Notes under the pieces: model-generated
What the model was told of the DNA's origin: nothing
Database searches by the model: none
Seen by the model: the letters and a program-made list of their open reading frames with translations, nothing else
Origin: Candidatus Caldarchaeum sp.
GTDB taxonomy: Archaea > Thermoproteota > Nitrososphaeria_A > Caldarchaeales > Caldarchaeaceae
Reading direction: 5' to 3'
Length of the DNA stretch: 64,000 bases
Assembly: GCA_038831915.1 (NCBI GenBank)
Contig: JAWBKB010000002.1
Location: 99,751 to 163,750, forward strand
Translations under genes and position numbers: made by a program
Shown: positions 8,715 through 19,307 of the stretch, piece by piece
How positions within the stretch are numbered: position 1 is the first letter of the stretch
Layout: each line of letters begins with the position of its first letter

Positions 8715-9497
8715 TTAAAGCTCTACAACCGTCATGTCCTGGGCCACGACGACGTCATCGATTCCGACCGATTTGACCGCTTCTATAATTTCAACCTCTC
8801 TGCCGCGCCACGCTGGATAAAGGTGAGTGACCACCAATTTCTTCGGCTTAATTCGTTCAACGATAGCTGCAAGCTGTTTCTCGGACGTATGTTTGCCGAC
8901 GAGCTGTTCATGTGGGAAGCTGCATTCATGAACGAGAACATCGCACCCTTGTGCCAACATGATAAGTCTTTCGTCGGGCACGGTGTCGCCGGAATAAACC
9001 ACCGAAAATCCTTGAAAACCAATTCTGTAAGCAAGCCCATTGTAATGGTCGACTTCCGCACAGCTTACGACACAGTCGCCGACACTGTATCTGTGATCCG
9101 CCTTCAACTCCAAGACTTCAAGATAGTTCTCGCAACGCATAGTTGTAACGAGGTATCTGAACGCGTCGATGTATACTATCTGGTTTACGAGGGTTTTGAG
9201 ATTCTTTGGGCCCACCAGCCTTAACTTTGGTGGGTTGTTTAATGGTGTGCCTTCGGAGCTGTAGGGCCAGAGCATGATCAGCGCCGGTAGGTCTCCTACA
9301 TGGTCTAGATGGAAATGAGTTATGAAAAATGCGTCGATGTCGTGGACCTGTATGTTTAATTTGATGAGTTTTGAAATTGTTGATGGCCCGGGGTCGAATA
9401 GAATTCGTGTGTTAGCTGTTTCGAGCAAGAGTCCACTCGCGAACCTGTTATCCGTCGGAACTATGCTTCCCGCTCCGAGGATTATGAGACGGTTCAT
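8715..9497 (-). CDS. MBL-fold metallohydrolase (RNase Z-like)
   Basis: THFHLDH, YSGDT, HECSF, KHT, THLY. Confidence 0.85.
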   Translation of the reverse strand: MNRLIILGAGSIVPTDNRFASGLLLETANTRILFDPGPSTISKLIKLNIQVHDIDAFFITHFHLDHVGDLPALIMLWPYSSEGTPLNNPPKLRLVGPKNLKTLVNQIVYIDAFRYLVTTMRCENYLEVLELKADHRYSVGDCVVSCAEVDHYNGLAYRIGFQGFSVVYSGDTVPDERLIMLAQGCDVLVHECSFPHEQLVGKHTSEKQLAAIVERIKPKKLVVTHLYPAWRGREVEIIEAVKSVGIDDVVVAQDMTVVEL

Positions 9498-10026
9498 GCG
9501 AGACCGCTCCTTTCGCGATGTGGACGATGTGTGGGATTTCCGGCCCGAAGAGTTTGAGCCCCAGTTCGACCGCGGCAGGAGAGCCTGGCAAAGCTATGAC
9601 AAGCCTACCGTTCACGATTCCAGCCGTTGTCCTCGTCAAGGCAGCGGCAGCCCCAACTTCATGGAAACTTGCCATGCGGAAAACATCGCCCCAGCCCTCC
9701 ACCTCTTTTTCGAACAGAGGTTTCAGAGCTTCAATGGTGACGTCTCTCGGCGAAAGACCTGTTCCGCCTGTCACGACGACCACGTCGAATCCTGATTCGA
9801 TTGCTCGGACCACAGCATTTCTAATCACCCAGACGTCATCGTTCAACACTCCGAGGTATTGCGCTTCGTGTCCAAGGGCTGTGCATATTTCGACTGCTTT
9901 TTCACCTGATTCGTCGACGAAATGCTCACCCTTGACTTTCTTCTCATACCTCGAGCTGCTGGCCGTTAACACGCCTATCTTGAGCCTTGTTGGAGCATGT
10001 GCCCTGTGAAGTTCATGTGGTTTCGT
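9448..10026 (-). CDS. moaB: Molybdopterin adenylyltransferase MoaB/Mog, probable ACG start
   Basis: TGGTGLSPRDVT, LPGSPAAV; frame continues upstream of GTG 9972 through KPHELHRAHAPTRLKIGV to ACG at 10026. Confidence 0.88.
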   Translation of the reverse strand, partial: TKPHELHRAHAPTRLKIGVLTASSSRYEKKVKGEHFVDESGEKAVEICTALGHEAQYLGVLNDDVWVIRNAVVRAIESGFDVVVVTGGTGLSPRDVTIEALKPLFEKEVEGWGDVFRMASFHEVGAAAALTRTTAGIVNGRLVIALPGSPAAVELGLKLFGPEIPHIVHIAKGAVSHEPSHNPRSGKHSSDG

Positions 10027-10462
10027 TTTCCTTCACCTTCGACACCACTTTAATCTCGGTTATGGCCGTGTATGGATATTGGCCGTTTTGGTCTTTCTCA
10101 TACTGTTTTACAACATCCCAGATGTTAAGCAACGCCGCCGCAGTAGCCGTTAACGCTTCCATCTCAACTCCTGTCTTCTCAAAAGCAACAACCTTAGACT
10201 TCACTTCGATGTAGTCGTATCCTATCGACTCGGTGACTTCGACCGATTCGAGCTTGAGTTGATGGCAGAGCGGAAGAATCGACGGCGTGTTTTTGGCTGC
10301 CAGTATCCCGGCTATTCTCGCAACTTCGAGAGGGTTGCCTTTTTCAACAGACCCCTGGCGTATTTTTTCGACGGTTTCCGGTCGGAGCTTAATTCTTCCC
10401 ACCGCTACAGCCTCTCTTCTCTGCACGGGTTTATGCGAAATGTCAACCTGCCTAACGCTCAT
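10013..10462 (-). CDS. moaC: Cyclic pyranopterin monophosphate synthase
   Basis: VDISHK, ILPLCH, TGVEMEAL, WDVVK. Confidence 0.94.
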   Translation of the reverse strand: MSVRQVDISHKPVQRREAVAVGRIKLRPETVEKIRQGSVEKGNPLEVARIAGILAAKNTPSILPLCHQLKLESVEVTESIGYDYIEVKSKVVAFEKTGVEMEALTATAAALLNIWDVVKQYEKDQNGQYPYTAITEIKVVSKVKENETT

Positions 10463-10501
10463 CGAGGTAATGATCTGACACAGCATATAAAAGATTATGA
10501 C

Positions 10502-10924
10502 TTACACTCTTCTACCTCTTCTGCCGCCTTTCTTTCTCACGCTGTCATGCGGTATAGGCGTCACATCTTCAATTCTTCCAATCTGCACCCCAGACCTGGC
10601 TATCATTCTGATGGCTGCTTGAGTAGCGGGTCCTGGTGTTCGTGATTTTACTCCGCCCGGCGCCCTGACGAGTATGTGGACGGCGTTTATTCCAGCTGCT
10701 TTGGCCTGCTCCATCACGAAAGAGGCTGCTCTCATACCTGCGTATGGAGTTGGTTCGAGACGTCCGGCGTCGACAAACATTCCACCTGAAGCTCTCGCTA
10801 TTGTTTCGGCACCGGTAAGGTCTGTGAGATGGACTATGATGTTGTTGTAGGATGAGAAGATATGCACTACTCCCCACTTGAGTTTCTGCGGCTGTTTCTG
10901 CTCTTGCTGCTGTTCCACACTCAT
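10502..10924 (-). CDS. rps11: 30S ribosomal protein S11
   Basis: [36 protein letters not shown]. Confidence 0.97.
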   Translation of the reverse strand: MSVEQQQEQKQPQKLKWGVVHIFSSYNNIIVHLTDLTGAETIARASGGMFVDAGRLEPTPYAGMRAASFVMEQAKAAGINAVHILVRAPGGVKSRTPGPATQAAIRMIARSGVQIGRIEDVTPIPHDSVRKKGGRRGRRV

Positions 10925-10952
10925 CTACTTCCCAACAGATGGAACCGTGTAT

Positions 10953-11447
10953 TTAGGTCTGACCTTTGACCACGATTTCTTCGGCAAGTCTAAGGATCTC
11001 CTCTTCGCCCCGTTTGACATGATAGCTAGGTGCTCGCACCTTTTTACCGCCGACGAAGATTTTTCCGTGAGTAATTAGCTGTCTGGCGTGATGAATCGTC
11101 CGAGCCAAGCCAGACCTATACACGATGGTTTGAAGCCTTCTTTCGAGAAAGTCACGAACCGTTAGCTTGAGTACGTCGTCTAAAGTAGCTCCTTGAGGAA
11201 GAACACCAAGCCTGTTCAACCGTCCGATCAGCCGTCCCTCCTCTACCATTCTTTTTTCGCCGACGACGACGAAAAGTTTCCTCGCCATGGTTCTGTACTT
11301 TTTCAAGATGCTTGCCACTCTCCAAAGTTCGCGCTTGTTGCGCAAACCATATTCACCCATCAGCTTCAATTCTTCTTCGAGAGCTTCCCTTCTCCAAGGA
11401 TTCCCCGGTGTTTCATACTTCTTCCTAATCCGCTTCGGGTCTCCCAT
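10953..11447 (-). CDS. rps4: 30S ribosomal protein S4
   Basis: [30 protein letters not shown]. Confidence 0.96.
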   Translation of the reverse strand: MGDPKRIRKKYETPGNPWRREALEEELKLMGEYGLRNKRELWRVASILKKYRTMARKLFVVVGEKRMVEEGRLIGRLNRLGVLPQGATLDDVLKLTVRDFLERRLQTIVYRSGLARTIHHARQLITHGKIFVGGKKVRAPSYHVKRGEEEILRLAEEIVVKGQT

Positions 11448-11552
11448 GCCTGGCAACATCACCGTGTGAACCATGATTTAAACATCGAACCGACCGTTTC
11501 ACGGGAGAAAAATTCGACAAACCTTATATAAAATGCATGGCTTAAACCGCAC

Positions 11553-12692
11553 ATGATTGAAAGAGAGATCATCGTGGTGGGCGGTGGACCCGCAGGAGTC
11601 GCCGCCGCGAAAGGAGCTGCACTCGAAGGCGGTGATGTGTTACTTCTCGAAAAATATCCAACCATCATGGCGAACAAGCCGTGCGGCGAAGCCTGTAGCA
11701 AGGAAACACTTGTCACCGCCGGAGTTAAACCCACGTCCCGAATAGTCATGCATGAAGCCTACGCGCTTGTTTATTCACCCAACATGATTGAAATCGAGAT
11801 CAAGCAAATCGGATACAATATCAACAAATCTTTTTTCATTCAGGAAATTGCGGCTCAAGCGGCTGAATATGGTGCGGACATTCATGTAAGGGAAGAGGTG
11901 ACAGCCGTTAAAAGGGAGGATTCACGTCTCGTTGTTAAGACCAATCGGGAAACTTACGTAGCTAAAGTGGTAATAGGAGCCGACGGCTATAACTCTACTG
12001 TTGCGAGGAGTCTTGGGGTTACGGAGAGACCCGAACCGATACCAACCGTTCAATACATCATGGCGAACTGCAGGCTAAAGTATCCGGACGCCGTTCGCTT
12101 CTATCTTGGAAACAAAATCGCGCCGGGTGGATATGCATGGATTTTCCCACGCACGGAAAAACTCGCTGAAGTTGGAATAGGGGTAAGGGGAGCCGTTGCG
12201 AAAGAATATCTTGACGCTTTCGTCAAAAGGTTTTCGGATGAGCTCGGCAACGCGAAAATCATAGATTACCGTGGTGCACCTGTTCCGATTGGCGGCGCCA
12301 TTTCAGAAAGCGTTTTCGACGGGGCCATGCTTGTGGGAGACGCCGCCGGCCACGTGATTCCTCTTACCGGCGCTGGAATTCATTCATCGGTTGCCGCAGG
12401 CCTCGCAGCGGGTAAGGTGGCTGCAAGAGCTGTGAAGGAAGGAGATACCTCGAAGAAACATCTGTCAGAGTTCTACATGCTGTATGAGCCGTGGCTGACA
12501 CGTATAAAGAAGAGTTTGAAAGCGATGCGTGCTGTGGAGGTGTTGTCAGACGAGGAACTTGACACGTTGGCCCGAATCTTTCAAGCAGACGACATACTCG
12601 ACCTCGCCAACGGCCTCGACGTTGGCCGAGTGGCCCGAAAGCTTCTCAACCACCCCGTCCTCGCAATCAAGCTTGCCCGCCAACTACTGTGA
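11553..12692 (+). CDS. Geranylgeranyl reductase family FAD oxidoreductase (DGGGPL reductase-like)
   Basis: GGGPAG, KPCGEA, GADG, PGGYAWIFP, GDAAG. Confidence 0.88.
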   Translation: MIEREIIVVGGGPAGVAAAKGAALEGGDVLLLEKYPTIMANKPCGEACSKETLVTAGVKPTSRIVMHEAYALVYSPNMIEIEIKQIGYNINKSFFIQEIAAQAAEYGADIHVREEVTAVKREDSRLVVKTNRETYVAKVVIGADGYNSTVARSLGVTERPEPIPTVQYIMANCRLKYPDAVRFYLGNKIAPGGYAWIFPRTEKLAEVGIGVRGAVAKEYLDAFVKRFSDELGNAKIIDYRGAPVPIGGAISESVFDGAMLVGDAAGHVIPLTGAGIHSSVAAGLAAGKVAARAVKEGDTSKKHLSEFYMLYEPWLTRIKKSLKAMRAVEVLSDEELDTLARIFQADDILDLANGLDVGRVARKLLNHPVLAIKLARQLL

Positions 12693-14016
12693 AAATCATC
12701 GAATGATGTTCAATTGATTTGACGAAGTGTTCGAGGTAGATGTTTTCGTTGGGTGCGTGAAGTCTCGAACCTGGATGTGCGAGGACTGAAAGCATCGCAG
12801 TCGGAATTCCTGCTTTTACGAAGTGATAAATCGGGCCCGTGCCCGGCATGTTGGGAAGTATCGCTGGCTGTTTGACGTAGACCAGTTTCGCTGTGTCAAC
12901 AGCGGCCTTAACGAGGGGATTTTCAGGGCTGACCCTCGCAGGATAAGACATCGATTGAACCGTGATCTCCACGTCTTTAGGCAGGTAATTCTTCAGTCTC
13001 CGCAGTATTTTCGCCGGGTCTTGGTTGGGAACCAGCCTGAAATCGATTTTAACTGTCGCGGAGGATGGAACGATTGTCTTCGAACCGGGCCCGGAATATC
13101 CAGAGCTGAATCCAGCGACGTTGCAGGTTGGCTCATAGACAATTTTCTCCGCGAGGTTGTGACGTGAAGCGGTTAATCTGTTTACACCGAGGCTTTTAAC
13201 GTATTCAGAAGGGGTTCGCCTGAATGTTTTCAACATTCTTCTTTCAGCAGCGGTCGGCTTCAAAACATCGGCATAGAAACCCGGAATCCTGATGACGCCT
13301 CTATCATCTTTCAACATACGGAGTATCCGCACCATTTTCTCGGCAGCGTTTTCGATGATCGGCGCATACATGGAATGAGCATCTGCCTTAGCTGTCCTAA
13401 CATTCAATTCCACGTACAGCATCCCTTTAACTCCAAGGTAGAAAGTAGGGCCTTTTTCGTCGATGTCGCCCCCCTCCCACATACATCCAACAACGTTTCC
13501 GAAAAGGCTGCGGTTTCTGGAAATCAAATCCGATATTCCCGGGCTACCCACTTCCTCTTCGCCCTCTATTATCCATTTCACGGTCAGGGGCAGTAGGCCG
13601 AAAGCTTTCTCAACAACACGCACGGCAGCTAGTCTGGCGATGATTTCGCCCTTGTTATCTGAAACCCCCCGACCATACAAAATTCCGTCTTTTTCAGTCA
13701 GCTTGAATGGGTCTGTTTGCCATTCTTCCAGCGGCTCGGGAGGCTGCACGTCATAATGATTGTAGAGAAGTATAGTGTTTTTTCCGCCTTTTTTCTCGGC
13801 ATAAACCGCGGGCCTCCCGGTTTTTGTTTCAAGAAGCGTAGCGGAAAAACCATCTCTTTCAAGCAGTTGTTTTACAAAGTTGGCGCATTCATCTATTGAT
13901 TGATTTCGGGCCGAAACGCTTGGTATGGAAATTAGCTCGGCAAGGTCGTCGAGAGCTTTCTGCCGCTCGGATTCAACATTTTCCCTTATCCTGCCATGAC
14001 GCTCTGAAATTTTCAC
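12667..14016 (-). CDS. M20 family metallopeptidase/deacylase
   Basis: HYDVQP, GRGVSDNKG, EGEEEVGS, HAPNE. Confidence 0.92.
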   Translation of the reverse strand: MKISERHGRIRENVESERQKALDDLAELISIPSVSARNQSIDECANFVKQLLERDGFSATLLETKTGRPAVYAEKKGGKNTILLYNHYDVQPPEPLEEWQTDPFKLTEKDGILYGRGVSDNKGEIIARLAAVRVVEKAFGLLPLTVKWIIEGEEEVGSPGISDLISRNRSLFGNVVGCMWEGGDIDEKGPTFYLGVKGMLYVELNVRTAKADAHSMYAPIIENAAEKMVRILRMLKDDRGVIRIPGFYADVLKPTAAERRMLKTFRRTPSEYVKSLGVNRLTASRHNLAEKIVYEPTCNVAGFSSGYSGPGSKTIVPSSATVKIDFRLVPNQDPAKILRRLKNYLPKDVEITVQSMSYPARVSPENPLVKAAVDTAKLVYVKQPAILPNMPGTGPIYHFVKAGIPTAMLSVLAHPGSRLHAPNENIYLEHFVKSIEHHSMIFTVVGGQA

Positions 14017-14063
14017 GTCTAATTTTTGCTAAGATTATATTTATGGTTTGACCATTTCATTCC

Positions 14064-14654
14064 GTGAGCGAACCATCGATTCCCGAGCCCGTGAACGTTA
14101 AGCTGAAGCCGGAAAGAACCGCGGTCATCGTGGTGGACATGCAGAACGATTTCTGCCATCCGAACGGTAAACTTTTTGTGCCCTCTTCTGTCGCCACGAT
14201 TCCCGCGATAAGAAGAATCGTTGACAACGCGAGGAAAAACGGTGTGAAAGTTTTCTACACACAGGACTGGCATCAGCCGGAAGACCCGGAATTTGAGATA
14301 TGGGGAGAACATGCGCTGGCGTATTCTTGGGGAGCCCAAATAGTCGATGAACTAAAGCCGTCCGAAAGCGACATAGTTGTTCAGAAGCTGCGTTACGACG
14401 GATTTTACGGAACGAGCCTCGAACACTTGCTCCGCCTACATCATGTCACGGGCTTGGTAATAACGGGGACGGTAGCGAACATATGCGTTCTACACACCGC
14501 GGGAAGCGCTGCCCTTCGATGGTTTCGCATCTACGTTCCGGTTGACGGCATTTCAGCGTTAAATGAATTTGACATGAAGGCTGCTCTACGCCAAATCACG
14601 TTTCTTTACAGAGGTATTTTAACAAGTTCAGAATTGATAGAATTTGCACGATGA
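14064..14654 (+). CDS. pncA: Nicotinamidase / isochorismatase-family cysteine hydrolase
   Basis: VDMQNDF, DWH, K.RYDGFYGT, GTVANICV; coupled to pncB by ATGA overlap. Confidence 0.8.
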   Translation: MSEPSIPEPVNVKLKPERTAVIVVDMQNDFCHPNGKLFVPSSVATIPAIRRIVDNARKNGVKVFYTQDWHQPEDPEFEIWGEHALAYSWGAQIVDELKPSESDIVVQKLRYDGFYGTSLEHLLRLHHVTGLVITGTVANICVLHTAGSAALRWFRIYVPVDGISALNEFDMKAALRQITFLYRGILTSSELIEFAR

Positions 14655-15859
14655 AGCCAAAACCCAAGGCATACATAGCCGACCCCGGCCAGATAAAGAA
14701 CGGTGGATCGACAGATATTTACTTCCAAAGGACGAAAACGATTTTAGAGAAAAGCGGTTCGACTGATGTTGCGGTTGCGGCTGAAATTCACTCATATGGG
14801 CTTCCAAACAGCTATGATTGGGCTGTTTTCACGGGGTTAGAAGAAGCGGTTTGGCTCCTTGAAGGTCTGCCCGTCGACTTGTACGCGATGGATGAGGGAA
14901 CTGTCTTTAGGGCCGTGGAACCTGTGGCAAGGGTTGAAGGCCGTTATGTCGACTTTGGTGTGTATGAACCTTCTCTTCTCGGAATTCTGCGTCATTCATC
15001 AAGCGTTTCGACAAAAGCCGCGCGGATAAAACTGGCAGCTGGCAACAAATCCGTGTTGTTTTTCGGAATCAGATGTGTTCATCCAGCAATAGCTCCGATG
15101 GTAGATCGAGCCGCGTACGTTGGCGGATGCGACGCGATTTCCGGTACGTTAGGCGCGTCTATGCTTGAACTCGACCCCATGGGTACCATGCCTCACGCCT
15201 TAATACTCGTGGTAAACGACCAGGTCAAGGCTTGGCGTCTTTTCCACGAAATCATGCCCGAAAAAGTGCCCAGAATTGCACTCGTGGACACCTTCTACGA
15301 CGAACGCTACGAATCGCTTAAGGCTGCTGAAGTCTTAGGAAAGAACCTTTATGGAGTTCGCCTTGACACACCCAGCTCACGTCGCGGAAACATCCGGAGA
15401 ATCGTTGAGGAAATTAGATGGTCTCTGGATGTCGCAGGTTATCGTCACGTAAAAATTTTTGTCAGCGGTGGCCTTTCCGAAGAATCCATTCCCGAGCTTG
15501 TCGACATTGTAGATGGTTTCGGTGTTGGAACATCTATCGCTTTTCCTGAATCTGTCGACCTCGCCCTCGACATCGTCGAAAGAAACGGCGCACCGCTTTC
15601 TAAAAGAGGCAAGCTACCTGGGAGAAAACAGGTCTACCGATGTCAAAACATGCACGACACCATAACTCTTTGGAACAAAACCCTGGTGAAATGCCCTGTC
15701 TGCGCTGAACCAGTCAATCCGTTGATAAAGCAAGTGCTGAAAAAAGGAGAGCTCGTAGTGGATTTGCCGGACGCCAAAAAAATAAGGGAGAAAGTTTTGG
15801 CACAACTCGATTCGATTAGAAGGCTTGAGTCTTTGGCTCGGCCTAAGTTTTATCTATGA
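14651..15859 (+). CDS. pncB: Nicotinate phosphoribosyltransferase
   Basis: TDIYF, FGIR, GTMPH, VRLDTPSSRRG, SGG, GVGT, C-terminal Zn-type motif. Confidence 0.93.
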   Translation: MKPKPKAYIADPGQIKNGGSTDIYFQRTKTILEKSGSTDVAVAAEIHSYGLPNSYDWAVFTGLEEAVWLLEGLPVDLYAMDEGTVFRAVEPVARVEGRYVDFGVYEPSLLGILRHSSSVSTKAARIKLAAGNKSVLFFGIRCVHPAIAPMVDRAAYVGGCDAISGTLGASMLELDPMGTMPHALILVVNDQVKAWRLFHEIMPEKVPRIALVDTFYDERYESLKAAEVLGKNLYGVRLDTPSSRRGNIRRIVEEIRWSLDVAGYRHVKIFVSGGLSEESIPELVDIVDGFGVGTSIAFPESVDLALDIVERNGAPLSKRGKLPGRKQVYRCQNMHDTITLWNKTLVKCPVCAEPVNPLIKQVLKKGELVVDLPDAKKIREKVLAQLDSIRRLESLARPKFYL

Positions 15860-17246
15860 GACCTCCTTTCGTGATGCGTAAGAGGTCGATGATTTTGTCA
15901 ACTTCTTCAGGCTTAACAACTCCTTCTTCAATCAAGGCCTGCTTGATAGTTTTGCTTTCGGTGAGCATTTTCTTCGCTATTTTCGCGGCTTTGTCGTAGC
16001 CGATTTTCGGAGCCACAACCGTGACAAGGGCCGGGCTCGATTCGGCTATTCTTCTAGCCTTTTCAACATTGACAGTTATGCCTCGCACACATTTCAACGC
16101 AAGGTTTTGACAAGTGTTCGCCAAAATTTCAACGGCCTGAATCAAGTCATACGCGATGAGTGGGAAACCCATATTAAGCTCGAGTTCGCCAAGTTTGCAA
16201 GCCTCCTCGATTGCTTTATCGTATCCAATGACCTGCGCGGCGACTAGCATGGTTGACTCTACGATGACCGGGTTAACTTTGCCCGGCATGATAGATGACC
16301 CGGGCTGAACCGCTGGAAGCTCGAGTTCACCGATTCCCGTGTTTGGACCCGATGAAAGAATTCTTAAGTCGTTGCAGATTTTCATCAGCGAAACCGCCGT
16401 GCTCCGAAGGGCTGCCGATGCCTCGAGACAGCAGTCACGTGTTCCCATGGCTTCGAACCGATTCTCTGCTATTCGGAAGTCGATTCCAGTCAGCTGACTT
16501 AGTTTCTCGACAACGAGGCGGGCGAAATCTGGATGCGCGTTTAGACCCGTCCCGACCGCGGTTCCGCCGATAGGAAGTTCAAGAAGGCTTTCAAGAGCAT
16601 TCATCACACGGCGCCTGCTTTTCTTTATCATGGTAGCATAGCCGGAAAACTGTTGGCCGAAGGTAACTGGAACAGCGTCCTGAAAATGAGTCCTGCCCGC
16701 CCTCACGTATTCGACAAATTCAGCGGCTTTTGCGTTGAATTCTTTTTCAAGAAGCTCAAGCGCCGGTAGAAGCTTTTTCACGATTAGCTCGGCGACCGCC
16801 ACGTTGATCGCTGTGGGTATCACGTCGTTAGTGGATTGAGCCATGTTTACATGGTCATTGGGGTGAATGGTTTTCTTGTCTCCACGTGGAAGGCCTAGGA
16901 TTTCAAGTGCTCTGTTAGCGATGACTTCGTTGGCGTTCATGTTTGTTGAAGTTCCAGAACCCGTTTGGAAAATGTCTACGACGAAATGTTTGTCCAACAA
17001 CCCTTCCGCGACTTCCAATGCTGCTTTTGAAATGGCTTCGCCGATTCTTCTGTCCAGCAAGCCAAACTGCATGTTAGACTCTGCGGCCGCGAGCTTGATC
17101 AAGCCGAGAGCTCTTATGAAAGCTCTTTGGAAAACAAGGCCCGAAATCGGGAAATTGTCCACGGCCCTCGCGGTCTGCGCACCATACAAGGCATCAACGG
17201 GAACCTTCATCTCACCTAAAGTGTCCGTTTCTATTCTGTAGCTCAT
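15843..17246 (-). CDS. fumC: Class II fumarate hydratase
   Basis: QTGSGTSTNMN, GRTH.QDA, GSSIMPGKVNP. Confidence 0.93.
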   Translation of the reverse strand: MSYRIETDTLGEMKVPVDALYGAQTARAVDNFPISGLVFQRAFIRALGLIKLAAAESNMQFGLLDRRIGEAISKAALEVAEGLLDKHFVVDIFQTGSGTSTNMNANEVIANRALEILGLPRGDKKTIHPNDHVNMAQSTNDVIPTAINVAVAELIVKKLLPALELLEKEFNAKAAEFVEYVRAGRTHFQDAVPVTFGQQFSGYATMIKKSRRRVMNALESLLELPIGGTAVGTGLNAHPDFARLVVEKLSQLTGIDFRIAENRFEAMGTRDCCLEASAALRSTAVSLMKICNDLRILSSGPNTGIGELELPAVQPGSSIMPGKVNPVIVESTMLVAAQVIGYDKAIEEACKLGELELNMGFPLIAYDLIQAVEILANTCQNLALKCVRGITVNVEKARRIAESSPALVTVVAPKIGYDKAAKIAKKMLTESKTIKQALIEEGVVKPEEVDKIIDLLRITKGGLIDKT

Positions 17247-17275
17247 AACAATAGATAGCTGAAGCGTGATATATA

Positions 17276-18313
17276 TTAAATCAACATGGTCTCTTCGAGA
17301 ATTCTGAATATTTGTGGCCTTGTCAACGGTGCTTTGTGAAGGATTGTGTATCTTTCCTTGCGGATTTGAGGTGCCTTTAAAACAGCTTCAGCGAACAAAT
17401 CAGCGTCGACGTTTATGTCTTTTAAGGTATGAGGTGCTCCGAGTATTCTGAGACTTTCCCTAACCTTCGCCCATTTCGCGTTGTGAAGCCAGGAGGTGAA
17501 GATGGTGGCGACTCCGCATCTTTCACCATGAAGCGCCGGCTTTTCCATCAAGGTTTCGATGGCGTGAGCGATTAGATGTTCGCTTCCGCTGCAGGGCCTG
17601 CTGCTTCCAGCGACTCCCATGGCGACTCCCGCGCTTATCAAAGCCTCGACAACGGTTCTCGCTCCTTCTATCGCGTCGTTTCGGATATGTTTGGCTGATT
17701 TCATGACAACTGATGCGCTGAGATAGGCAAGGTGGGCTGCGTAGCGGCCGTAGTATTCATTTCTCTCGGTGTGGGCTAGCCACCAGTCTCTCACAGCTGT
17801 ATGTTTGGCGACGAGGTCTCCGCATCCGCTGACCAAATATCTTCCCGGAGCCTTTGCGATGACGTTCATGTCGGCGAAAATTTCAAGCGGCATGACGGAT
17901 TTTTTCGAATAGGCGACTCCGTTTTGGCGGAAGCTTGTCATCGGGCTGGCGATACCGTCGTGCGAAGCAATTGTAGGAACGCTGAAAAGAGGTTTTCCAA
18001 TTTGTTCCGCGACAACCTTCGAGACGTCGAGGACTTTACCACCGCCTACACCGACGACGGCGTCAAAATTTTTCAACCCTTCAACCTGTTTCCCGAAACT
18101 TTCAACGACTTCATCCACGAAAAACACTTCGACGGCAGACATCCCAACGCCGGCTTCAATTATTTTAGAACCCAGAATGTTATACGGTGTTTTGCTCGTG
18201 ATCATTAAAATCTTCCTGAAGTCGTGGACAGCTTTGAGGCGGTGGCCGACTGTTTCAGCGAGGTCGCTGCCGATTACTACGTATTGCGGCAGCTCCATTT
18301 CGTGACGGTGCAT
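17276..18313 (-). CDS. egsA: sn-glycerol-1-phosphate dehydrogenase
   Basis: GGGKVLD, SHDGIASP, SRPCSGSEH, LHGE. Confidence 0.93.
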   Translation of the reverse strand: MHRHEMELPQYVVIGSDLAETVGHRLKAVHDFRKILMITSKTPYNILGSKIIEAGVGMSAVEVFFVDEVVESFGKQVEGLKNFDAVVGVGGGKVLDVSKVVAEQIGKPLFSVPTIASHDGIASPMTSFRQNGVAYSKKSVMPLEIFADMNVIAKAPGRYLVSGCGDLVAKHTAVRDWWLAHTERNEYYGRYAAHLAYLSASVVMKSAKHIRNDAIEGARTVVEALISAGVAMGVAGSSRPCSGSEHLIAHAIETLMEKPALHGERCGVATIFTSWLHNAKWAKVRESLRILGAPHTLKDINVDADLFAEAVLKAPQIRKERYTILHKAPLTRPQIFRILEETMLI

Positions 18314-18365
18314 CTGCTAAGCGGTTGAGCGGGTAGCTTATAAACCTCGAACGCAAAGTCATCAC

Positions 18366-19307
18366 ATGTTTCCGCCGTGCGAAATGATGGCGAAGAATTT
18401 TCTACCAGCTGTCCGGGGGCTGGTGGCCCATAGGTTGAAAAAAATGGGGAAGGGCCAGACTTTCATAGCTAAAACGCTTGGAATAACTCAGTCCGCGGTA
18501 AGCCAGATTCTTGCTTCAGACGAAAGAAAATACGGGAAAAAGCTCGAAGAGCTCGGACTGGAAAGACGTGAATATGCCCTCCTTGTCGAAACAATCAGCC
18601 AGGAAGTTTCGGTAAATCCGACTCGCGCCACGGAAATACTGTACGGGTTCTGGCTTGATATGCTTTCGAAAGGCCGGTTTTGCGATTATCATCGTCGCAT
18701 GTATCCTCAGTTGCTCGGATGCGAAATTTGTCTGCGCCGTGCATTCGTGGCTGAGTTTGATGAAGAAAGGACGCGGATTTTGGAAGCTCTTGAAAAGTCT
18801 GTTAAAAGGTTGGAGGGAAGTAGGGCGTTTGCAAAACTAATTCCACAAGTCGGCACTAACGTTGTGGCATGTTTGGAGCGCTCCCAGTCTGTCGATGATG
18901 TCGCCGGCGTTGTTGGTAGAATTGTCCGGGTTGACGATGGAGTAAAAGCAGTTGGAAGGCCGGCATTCGGAGGAAGTCATCATCTCGCCTTGGTTTTGCT
19001 AACAGCGAGAAGATATAACAAATCGGTGAAAGCGGCGGTAAACATCATAAATTCATCGGCTGCGCGTAAAACTATCGCGGAAGCTGGCATAGTTTACGCT
19101 GTCATCGAGCCACATCAATCACCTATTTCGGACGAAACCGTGCTGCAAGATTTGGAAAACGTTTTCCAAACTTCACCTAAATTCCCGGCCGCAGTTTTTC
19201 ACGGAGGCGGAGTTGGATATGAACCGATTACCTATCTGTTTTCAGATAATCTCGAAAAATTAATCGACCTTGTACTAATTTTGGCGAACCGCATTTCCCT
19301 GAGTTAG
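18366..19307 (+). CDS. HTH + ThiN-domain protein (ThiR-like regulator)
   Basis: PCE...HTH GITQSAVSQ, CDYH/CEIC; C-terminal LIPQVGTN, FGGSHHLA, GGVGYEP. Confidence 0.82.
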   Translation: MFPPCEMMAKNFLPAVRGLVAHRLKKMGKGQTFIAKTLGITQSAVSQILASDERKYGKKLEELGLERREYALLVETISQEVSVNPTRATEILYGFWLDMLSKGRFCDYHRRMYPQLLGCEICLRRAFVAEFDEERTRILEALEKSVKRLEGSRAFAKLIPQVGTNVVACLERSQSVDDVAGVVGRIVRVDDGVKAVGRPAFGGSHHLALVLLTARRYNKSVKAAVNIINSSAARKTIAEAGIVYAVIEPHQSPISDETVLQDLENVFQTSPKFPAAVFHGGGVGYEPITYLFSDNLEKLIDLVLILANRISLS

